A stretch of 64,000 nt of DNA from an uncultured Thermoleophilia bacterium. Its GTDB lineage: Bacteria > Actinomycetota > Thermoleophilia > UBA2241. This document shows, in pieces, positions 56,302 through 64,000 of the stretch (within the stretch, counting starts at the first letter, position 1; the number at the start of each line of letters is the position of its first letter). Below the pieces are notes generated by a model. It saw nothing but the letters and a program-made list of their open reading frames with translations, ran no database searches and was not told the origin of the DNA. Where the stretch lies: NCBI GenBank assembly GCA_963791345.1, contig CAWBRS010000021.1, positions 208,225 through 272,224 on the forward strand, read 5' to 3'. The translations under genes were made by a program, and so were the position numbers.

Positions 56302-58074
56302 ATGCCAACCCTGACCATTGACGAGATCAAGGTCGAGGTGCCGGAGGGCACCACGGTCCTTCAGGCGGCCCGCCAGGCCGGCGTGAAGATCCCCACCCTC
56401 TGCTTCCTCGACGACGTCCAGTCCATCGGCGCCTGCCGCGTGTGCCTCGTCGAAGTCGAGGGCGCCCGCACGCTGGTCGCCTCGTGCAGCCAGCCGGCGA
56501 CCGACGGCATGGTCGTCAAGACCAACACCGGCAAGGTGCGCGACGGCCGCAAGATGGTCGTCGAGCTGCTCCTCTCGGAGCACGACGGCGACTGCCAGGT
56601 CTGCGGCCGGTCCGCCGACTGCGAGCTGCGCACGCTCGCCGACGAGCTCGGCATCGGCGACCTGCGCTACGAGGGCGAGAAGACCTTCCGGATGATCGAC
56701 GAGAGCACCCCGGCGCTCATCCGCGACACCGGCAAGTGCATCTCCTGCCGCCGCTGCGTGACGGTGTGCAACGAGGTCCAGGAAGTGGGCGGCCTGTTCG
56801 CCCAGGGCCGCGGCTTCGCCACCCTCATCGGCCCGGCCTTCTCGCAGAACCTGAGCGACGTCGTCTGCGTGCAGTGCGGCCAGTGCGCCGCCGTGTGCCC
56901 CGTGGGCGCCATCCAGGAGCGCAACCAGATCGACGAGGTCTGGGACGCGCTCGAGGACCCCACCAAGACCGTCATCGTGCAGACCGCGCCGGCGATCCGC
57001 GCCGCGCTCGGCGAGTGCTTCGACTACCCGGCCGGCACCCTGGTGACCGGCAAGATGGTCGCCGCCCTGCGCCGGCTCGGCTTCGACGCCGTCTTCGACA
57101 CCGACTTCACCGCCGACCTCACGATCATGGAGGAAGGCACCGAGCTGCTCGTGCGCCTCAAGAAGGCGCTCGTCGACGGCGAGCAGGTCGCTCTGCCGCA
57201 GTTCTCCAGCTGCTCCCCGGGCTGGATCAACTACATGGAGCACTTCAACCCCGACATGCTCGCCAACCTGAGCACCTGCAAGAGCCCGCAGCAGATGTTC
57301 GGGGCGATCGCCAAGACCTACTACGCCGAGAAGATCGGCGTGAAGCCGGAGGACATGGTCGTCGTCTCGGTCATGCCCTGCACCGCCAAGAAGTACGAGG
57401 CGGCGCGCCCGGAGATGAACGACAGCGGCGTGCAGGACGTCGACATCGTGCTCACCACGCGTGAGCTCGGCGCGTTCATCAAGCAGGCCGGCATCGACTT
57501 CCGCAGCCTGCCCGACGAGGAGATGGACGCGCCGCTGGGCATCAGCACCGGCGCCGCCGACATCTTCGCCAACACCGGCGGCGTCATGGAGGCGGCCCTG
57601 CGCACGGCGTGGGAGATCGTCACCGAGACGCCGTTCCCCTTCCCCAACCTGCACGTCGAGCCCATCGAGGGTCTCGAGGGCGTGAAGGTCGCCACCGTCA
57701 AGGTCGAGGGGGCCAAGGGCGACTGGGCGTTCCTCGAAGGCGCCGACCTCAAGGTCGCCGTGGCCCACGGCCTCGGCAACGCGCAGAAGGTCATCGACCA
57801 GGTCAAGAGCGGCGAGGCCGAGTACCACTTCGTCGAGGTCATGACCTGCCCCGGCGGCTGCATCGGCGGCGGCGGGCAGCCGCGCTTCACGACCAACGAG
57901 GTGCGCATGAAGCGCATCGAGGCCATCTACCGCGAGGACGAGGGCCGCGAGCTGCGCAAGTCGCACGAGAACCCCGCCGTCTGCGCCCTGTACGAGGAGT
58001 ACCTCGGGGCGCCGTGCGGCGAGATCTCGCACCACCTCCTGCACACCCACTACTTCGAGCACGACCGCGTCTGA
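56302..58074 (+). CDS. hydA: [FeFe]-hydrogenase catalytic subunit (M3 architecture: 2Fe-2S, a His-ligated 4Fe-4S, two 4Fe-4S clusters and an H-cluster domain)
   Basis: Intact ORF. The start is taken at MPTLTIDE. N-terminal cluster motifs are CFLDDVQSIGACRVC, HDGDCQVCGRSADCEL, CISCRRCVTVC and CVQCGQCAAVCP. H-cluster motifs are P2 VMPCTAKKYE, P3 EVMTCPGGCIGGGGQP and an atypical P1 SSCSPGW. Confidence 0.9.
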   Translation: MPTLTIDEIKVEVPEGTTVLQAARQAGVKIPTLCFLDDVQSIGACRVCLVEVEGARTLVASCSQPATDGMVVKTNTGKVRDGRKMVVELLLSEHDGDCQVCGRSADCELRTLADELGIGDLRYEGEKTFRMIDESTPALIRDTGKCISCRRCVTVCNEVQEVGGLFAQGRGFATLIGPAFSQNLSDVVCVQCGQCAAVCPVGAIQERNQIDEVWDALEDPTKTVIVQTAPAIRAALGECFDYPAGTLVTGKMVAALRRLGFDAVFDTDFTADLTIMEEGTELLVRLKKALVDGEQVALPQFSSCSPGWINYMEHFNPDMLANLSTCKSPQQMFGAIAKTYYAEKIGVKPEDMVVVSVMPCTAKKYEAARPEMNDSGVQDVDIVLTTRELGAFIKQAGIDFRSLPDEEMDAPLGISTGAADIFANTGGVMEAALRTAWEIVTETPFPFPNLHVEPIEGLEGVKVATVKVEGAKGDWAFLEGADLKVAVAHGLGNAQKVIDQVKSGEAEYHFVEVMTCPGGCIGGGGQPRFTTNEVRMKRIEAIYREDEGRELRKSHENPAVCALYEEYLGAPCGEISHHLLHTHYFEHDRV

Positions 58075-58125
58075 GACGCGGCGCACGGAAGACGGCGGCC
58101 GGGCGCGTGGGCGGCGCGCCCGCGA

Positions 58126-58151
58126 GGCGGCCCCGGGAGACCGGGGCCGCC
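58126..58151 (+). terminator. GC-rich hairpin downstream of hydA
   Basis: 11-bp stem ggcggccccgg / ccggggccgcc with loop gaga. Confidence 0.45.
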
Positions 58152-58237
58152 TCCGGGGCCGCCGCGAGCCGGCCGAGCCATAGTCGCCGCAGCGACTACT
58201 GGGGGCCCGAAGGCCACGCTATACTGAAGGCGGAACA

Positions 58238-58646
58238 TGAGCGCAGAGCACAGGCACTGATACTCATCGTCGACGACGACTTCGACTTCCTCGAGATCAA
58301 CCGCATCATCCTCGAGGGGGCCGGCTACCGCGTGGTCACCGCCACCAACCCCGCCGAGGCGCAGACGCGCATCGACGCCGAGGCGCCCGACCTCGTCATC
58401 ACCGACCTGATGATGACGAGCATCGACGCCGGCTTCGCCTTCGCCGCCCGGCTCAAGGGCGACCCGCGCACCGCCGGCGTGCCGATCATCATCAGCACGT
58501 CGGTGAGCAGCGCGCTCGGCCTGAACTTCCGCCCCGACTCGGCCGAGGACCTCGCCAAGATGAACGTCGACGCCTACTTCGACAAGCCCATCGACGCGCA
58601 GGCGCTGCTCGCCAAGGTCGGCGAGCTGCTCGCCGCCCGCGGCTGA
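58238..58646 (+). CDS. Single-domain response regulator (CheY-like receiver); one frame break near the start
   Basis: Motifs [28 protein letters not shown] and YFDKP. The ATG at 58238 follows a TATACT -10-like hexamer and is out of frame with the receiver body. The break lies near 58255. Confidence 0.7.
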
Positions 58647-58667
58647 TGCGCCGCCGGGTGCCGGCCG

Positions 58668-60740
58668 ATGAACGAAGACAGAGTCCCCTACCTCCAGCTC
58701 GTCACGACCATCCGGCGAGAAGTGCCGCCGGTGCTACACCTGCGTGCGCGAGTGCCCGGCCAAGGCCATCCAGATCGAGGACGGCCAGGCGAGCGTCATC
58801 CAGACGCGCTGCATCGGCTGCGGCAACTGCGTCACCGTCTGCAGCCAGAACGCCAAGCAGGTGCTCAGCGGCATCGAGGCCACCGAGGACCTGCTCGCCG
58901 GCGACGCGCCCGTCGCGGCGATCGTGGCGCCGAGCTACCCGGCCGAGTTCACGGAGTGCAGCACGGCCGGCCTGGTCGGCGCCCTCCGCGAGCTCGGGTT
59001 CGCCGAGCGTCCACGAGGTGAGCTTCGGCGCCGACCTCGTCGCCGCGCGAGTACGCCCGCCTGCTCGAGCGAGGACGACGGGCGCCACATCGCCACCACC
59101 TGCCCGGCGGTGGTCAGCTACGTGCGCAAGTACCACCCCGACATCCTCGACCGCCTCGCGCCCATCGTCTCGCCGATGCTGGCGATCGCGCGCGTGCTGC
59201 ACAAGAAGTACGGGCCCGAGCTCAAGATCGTCTTCGTCGGGCCCTGCATCGCCAAGAAGGGCGAGGCGCGCTACGAGCAGTTCGAGGGCGAGGTCGCACG
59301 CGGCGCTCACCTACGTGCGAGCTCCGCGCCCTGCTCGCCGCGCGCGGCGTCGAGCCTCGACCGTCGCGCGACGCGCCGGCGACGACTTCGACCCGCCGCA
59401 CGGCAGCCTCGGCGCCCTCTTCCCCATCACCCGCGGGCATGCTGCAGGCGGCCGACCTCGACGAGGACCTGCTGAGCGGCGACATCGTGAGCGCCGACGG
59501 GCGCGCAGAACCTGGTCGAGGCGATCACCGACTTCGAGCACGGCGACACCGAGGCGCGCCTGCTGGACATCCTCTGCTGCGAGGGCTGCATCATGGGCGC
59601 CGGCTTCAGCTGCGAGGAGCCGGTCTTCAAGCGCCGCTCGGACGTCAGCGCCGAGACCCGCGCCCGCCAGGCCGGCTTCGACCAGGCGGCCTGGGAGGCC
59701 GCGGTCGCGCGAGTACGCCGACATCGACCTCTCGCGCACCTTCGCGCCCTTCGACCAGCGCTTCGACGACATGCCGACGCAGGAGGAGCTGCGGGAGATC
59801 CTCGCGCGCATGAACAAGTACGGCGACGAGGACGAGCTCGACTGCGGCGCCTGCGGCTACGACTCCTGCCGCGACCACGCGGTCGCCATCTGGCAGGGGC
59901 TCGCCGAGGTCGAGATGTGCCTGCCGTACTCGGTCGAGGAGCTGCGCAAGACCGTCGACGAGCTGCAGCAGTCCAACCTCTCCCTGGAGACGACCAAGGA
60001 GGCGCTGGTCAAGAGCGAGAAGCTCGCCAGCATGGGCCAGCTCGCGGCCGGCATCGCCCACGAGGTCAACAACCCGCTCGGCATCCTCCTGCTGCACGCC
60101 AACCTGCTGCTCGAGGACTGCGAGGACGACACCGCAGGACGGCCGAGGACGTCAAGCTCATCGTCGACCAGGCCAACCGCTGCAAGAAGATCATCTCCGG
60201 CCTGCTCAACTTCGCCCGCCAGAGCCGGGTGGTGCGCCAGCCGACGGACCTCACCAACCTGGTGGCCGAGGTCCTGCGCACGCATCCCCGTCGCCGAGGG
60301 CGTCTCGGTGGAGGTCGACGACCACCTCGAGGACCCCGATCGCCGAGCTCGACGGCGACCAGATCGTCCAGGTGCTCACCAACCTGCTCACCAACGCCCA
60401 GCACGCGATGCCCGACGGCGGCACGCATCACGGTCACGCTCGACGGCACCGAGGAGAACGTCATCGTCACCGTGCGGGACGAGGGCACGGGCATCCCCGA
60501 CGGAGAACCTCGACAAGCTGTTCAGCCCGTTCTTCACGACCAAGCAGGTCGGCAAGGGCACGGGCCTCGGCCTCGCCGTGACCCACGGCATCGTCAAGAT
60601 GCACCGCGGCCAGATCACCGTGGAGTCCAACGCCGACCCCGCCACGCGGCCCGACCGGCACCACGTTCAGCATCTCCCTGCCGAGGTACGAGGCGGAGAC
60701 GGACGTCCCGGCCAGCCTGCAGGAGATCACCGGGAGCTGA
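58668..60740 (+). CDS. Sensory [FeFe]-hydrogenase-like domain fused to a histidine kinase (2x[4Fe-4S] ferredoxin, H-cluster-like domain, DCGACG Fe-S domain, HisKA, HATPase_c); many frame breaks
   Basis: Read across frames: [25 protein letters not shown]-cluster-like motifs are [21 protein letters not shown] and [12 protein letters not shown]. The Fe-S domain is [19 protein letters not shown]. Kinase motifs are [33 protein letters not shown] and [15 protein letters not shown]. Confidence 0.75.
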
Positions 60741-60743
60741 GGC

Positions 60744-62044
60744 ATGAACCCCGACCCGACAGCCCGCGAGAGCCTCATGGACCCGCAGCAGGTCACGCTC
60801 AAGGTCGTCATGGTCGACGACGAGGAGGCGCTCTGCCTCGGCGTGCGCCGCATCATCCAGAAGTACAAGGTGCACGTCGCCGACGTGCTCGTCGACGCCG
60901 ACTACGAGTTCCGCTACTTCACCAGCGGCGAGGACTACCTCGCCTGGCTCGGCGAGGGCGGCGAGGTCGACCTCCTGCTGCTCGACCTCAAGCTGCCGGG
61001 CGTCGGCGGCATGGACGTCCTCGACGCCATGAGCGCCCAGGGCCGTGAGGTCCTCACCATCATGATCACGGCCTACGCGACCTTCGAGACGGCCGTCAAG
61101 GCGACCAAGCTCGGCGCCTACGACTTCCTCGCCAAGCCGTTCACCCCGGAGGAGCTCCGCTACGCGCTGCGCAAGGCGACGAGCCAGCTCATCCTGAGCA
61201 AGCAGGCGCGCAAGCTCGCCGAGGAGAAGCGCGAGATCCGCTTCAACTTCATCTCGGTGCTCGCGCACGAGCTCAAGGCGCCGCTCAACGCCGTCGAGGG
61301 CTACCTCAACATCCTGCGCACGACCGAGGCCGACCAGAACCTGCAGATGGTCGAGCGCAGCATCGTGCGCGTGGACGGCATGAAGAAGCTCATCATGGAC
61401 CTGCTCGACCTCACGCGCATCGAGTCCGGCCAGCGCGAGCGCGTCGATCAGGCGCCTCGACCTGCGCGAGCTGGCCAAGGCGTCGATGGAGCTGTTCGCC
61501 GTCGACGCCGAGCGCCGCGGCATCACCGTGAAGCTCGAGGACGCGCGACGACGTCGAGCTCCTGGCCGACCCCGGCGAGGTCGAGATCGTCTTCAACAAC
61601 CTCATCTCGAACGCCGTCAAGTACAACCGCGACGGCGGCGCGCGTGCAAGGTCAAGCTGAGCCGCAAGGGCGACGCCGTGACGCGTCACCGTCAGCGACA
61701 CCGGCATCGGCCTCAGCGCCGAGGAGGCCGGCAAGCTGTTCAACGAGTTCAAGCGCATCAAGAACGAGCAGACGGTCAAGATCCTCGGCAGCGGCCTCGG
61801 CCTCAGCACGGTGCGCAAGATCGCCAACATGTACGACGGCGAGGCGAGGGTCACGAGCGAGCCCGGCGTGGGCAGCACCTTCACGGTCACGCTGCACGAC
61901 GCGCCGCCGGCGGCCGCGGGCGAGACCGGCGAGCCGCGCGACGCCGCCGTCCGGCGGCGCCGCAGCTCTGATCGAGCGGCCCCGTCTTGGCTCGCGACTT
62001 CGCGCCTGTGCGAAGATGTGCGATACTACCAGCGACGCTCGTGA
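60744..62044 (+). CDS. Hybrid receiver-histidine kinase (REC, HisKA, HATPase_c); at least 4 frame breaks and an uncertain 3' end
   Basis: Motifs [63 protein letters not shown] and [12 protein letters not shown]. Breaks lie near 61445, 61545, 61650 and 61685. Confidence 0.75.
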
Positions 62045-62275
62045 CCCCTTGCACAAGCGGCCGCACGATGCGTTAGATACTGAGCGCAGCTGAGGCCAGT
62101 ACCGAACGTGGATCCTGTGGAGTGAGCGGCCAGCACTCGACGTCACTCTCGTCCGTCCCTGCCTCTTCGGCACCCGCCGTGGTCGTCCGCGACCGGCGCT
62201 CGTGTGCGCCTCGCGACGGTCGCGCGGCGGGCGACCCGCCTCGCCAGGGGGAACAGAAACGGACTGAAGGAGTGC

Positions 62276-62651
62276 GTGGTGCCCAAGATTCTCATCGTTG
62301 ACGACGACCCGGACATCGTCGATGCCGGCCGCCTGGTCCTCGAGCGTGAGGGCTACGAGGTCGTCGGCGCGCCCAACCGCGCCGAGGGCATGAAGAAGCT
62401 CGAGGAGATCAAGCCCGACCTCCTCATCCTCGACGTCATGATGGAGGAGCCGGACGACGGCCTCCGCATGGCGCGCGAGATCCGCAAGAACGGCAACGAC
62501 GGTGCCGATCATCATGCTCACCAGCGTCAACGCGGCCATGGGCCTCAACATCGACAAGGACGGCGAGATCGTCCCGGTCGACGAGTTCCAGCCCAAGCCG
62601 GTCGAGCCGCAGACGCTGGTCGCCAAGGTCAAGAAGCTCCTCGAGCAGTAG
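62276..62651 (+). CDS. Single-domain response regulator (receiver); one frame break
   Basis: A GAAGGAG RBS precedes the GTG start. Motifs KILIVDDDPDIV, PDLLILDVMMEEPDDG and, read from the DNA, PIIMLTSV...FQPKPV. The break lies near 62500. Confidence 0.7.
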
Positions 62652-62664
62652 GAGAGGACTCCAG

Positions 62665-63165
62665 ATGGCAACGACCACGACACCAAGACCAGCTCGCGCC
62701 GACGTCGCGGCCCTGGTCGAGAAGCTCGGCCCGGGCAGCAGCTCTCTCATCCCGATCCTCGCGGATGTCAAGAGGCGCTTCCACGAGGTCGACTCCGAGT
62801 CCATGCAGACCATCGCCGACGTGCTCGACATCCACCCCGTGGAGGTCTACAGCGTCGCCTCGTTCTACGCCTTCCTGCACGGCGCCCCCGAGGGCCAGTT
62901 CGTGATCCGGCTCTGCGGCACGCTCTCGTGCGACTTCGCCGGCAAGGACGCCGTCGCCGACGCCCTGCAGAACGAGCTCGGCGTCGGCTTCGACGAGTCC
63001 ACCGACGACGGTCTCTTCACGCTCGAGTGGGCGAGCTGCGTCGGCATGTGCGACCAGGGCCCCGCCCTGCTCGTCAACGACCGAGGTCCACACGCGGGTC
63101 ACGCCCGAGCAGGTGCGCGAGATCGTCGCCGCCTGCCGGGCCGCGCCGCGGCCGAGGAGGGCTGA
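62665..63165 (+). CDS. Second NuoE-like [2Fe-2S] subunit; one frame break
   Basis: Motifs LIPILADV, IRLCGTLSCDFAG and ASCVGMCDQGPALLVND. The break lies near 63085. Confidence 0.7.
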   Translation: MATTTTPRPARADVAALVEKLGPGSSSLIPILADVKRRFHEVDSESMQTIADVLDIHPVEVYSVASFYAFLHGAPEGQFVIRLCGTLSCDFAGKDAVADALQNELGVGFDESTDDGLFTLEWASCVGMCDQGPALLVNDRGPHAGHARAGARDRRRLPGRAAAEEG

Positions 63166-63168
63166 GCC

Positions 63169-64000
63169 GTGGCGACCACGATCGAGACCAGGGCAACGCC
63201 CTCACCTACGAGACCATCGAGCCCGAGGCCGGCCTCAAGGCGGCGCTCGCGATCAGCCGCGCCGACCTCGTCGACTTCGTCGCGCGACAGCGACCTCAAG
63301 GGTCGCGGCGGCGCCGGCTTCCCCACGGGCATGAAGTGGGACTTCTGCGCGGCGGAGAAGGCCGACCAGAAGTACATCATCTGCAACGCCGACGAGGGCG
63401 AGCCCGGCACCTTCAAGGACCGGGTCATCCTCACCCGAGTTCGCCGACCTCGTCTTCGAGGGCATGACCATCGGCGGCCGCGCCATCGGCGCGTCGCTCG
63501 GCATCGTCTACCTGCGCGCCGAGTACACGTACCTGCGCTCGCACCTCAACGAGGTCATCCAGCATCGTCGCGCCAAGGGCCTGCTCGGCCACGACATCAT
63601 GGGCGTCGAGGGCTTCGACTTCGACATCCTCGTCGCCATGGGCGCCGGCGCCTACGTGTGCGGCGAGGAGACCGCCCTCATCGAGAGCCTCGAGGGCTTC
63701 CGCGGCGAGCCGCGCAACCGCCCGCCGTTCCCGGTGGTCGCCGGCCTGCTCAACAACCCGACGGTGGTCAACAACGTGGAGACGCTCGCCTCGGTGGCCT
63801 GCGATCTTCGCCAAGGGCGCCGACTGGTTCAAGGGCTTCGGCACCGACAAGTCGACCGGCTACAAGCTGTTCAGCATCTGCGGCGACTGCGAGAAGCCGG
63901 GCGTCTACGAGTTCCCGTGGGGCATCACGGTCGCCGAGCCTGCTCGAGGAGGTCGGCGGCGACGGGCGCCAAGGCCGTGCAGATCGGCGGCGCCAGCGGC
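63169..64000 (+). CDS. Second NuoF-like flavoprotein subunit; partial at the window edge, with several frame breaks
   Basis: Read across frames: [44 protein letters not shown] and NNVETLA. Confidence 0.7.
   Translation, partial: MATTIETRATPSPTRPSSPRPASRRRSRSAAPTSSTSSRDSDLKGRGGAGFPTGMKWDFCAAEKADQKYIICNADEGEPGTFKDRVILTRVRRPRLRGHDHRRPRHRRVARHRLPARRVHVPALAPQRGHPASSRQGPARPRHHGRRGLRLRHPRRHGRRRLRVRRGDRPHREPRGLPRRAAQPPAVPGGRRPAQQPDGGQQRGDARLGGLRSSPRAPTGSRASAPTSRPATSCSASAATARSRASTSSRGASRSPSLLEEVGGDGRQGRADRRRQR

Overview
This is a high-GC (about 70%) chromosomal window of actinobacterial character, read by eye and from the ORF track only; no searches were run. It is probably an anaerobic, uncultured Actinomycetota lineage, because it carries an [FeFe]-hydrogenase, a membrane pyrophosphatase and a dehydratase activase. 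I call about 55 protein genes, one tRNA and one candidate riboswitch. There is no rRNA, no CRISPR array and no intact mobile element. Gene order, left to right: (1) 0-3.2 kb, a large CoA-enzyme activase. (2) 3.6-8.7 kb, a hypothetical Cys4 protein, a secreted Amidase_2/FlgD-Ig cell-wall amidase and a radical SAM enzyme. (3) 9.0-13.6 kb, a candidate c-di-GMP-I riboswitch followed by an S8 protease with a (KYAWT)n tail, a membrane PP2C phosphatase, an RsbW-like kinase and a STAS antagonist. (4) 13.8-17.2 kb, a C11 clostripain-like peptidase, a transposase-zinc-ribbon::TetR fusion, a PASTA protein and tRNA-Phe. (5) 17.4-29.7 kb, a potassium/transport island: two copies of the triad [APC permease-Usp fusion + TrkA_N protein + TrkA_N/C protein] bracket a third permease, trkH and trkA. 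(6) 30-47.5 kb, housekeeping genes: hppA, mtnP, an acyl/acetyl-CoA synthetase, CoA-transferase A/B, a small CCxxGCxxC lysine-rich protein, CYTH-CHAD/SixA/ppk (polyphosphate), NifU-like, Rrf2, an M24 peptidase, a rhomboid, a thioesterase and a class-III aminotransferase. (7) 47.7-64 kb, a redox/H2 island: rex with its own operator, a poorly understood regulator set (two DRTGG proteins, an RsbW-type kinase fused to a hydrogenase-like Fe-S domain, PHP, HATPase), hydC, a ferredoxin, hydB fused to a GltD-like module, hydA, then a receiver, a hydrogenase-like domain fused to a histidine kinase, a hybrid kinase, another receiver and a second NuoE/NuoF pair that runs off the window. Caveat: more than 50 reading-frame breaks interrupt otherwise well-conserved genes. 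I interpret most of them as assembly indels, so many CDS coordinates span frameshifts and their ends are approximate.
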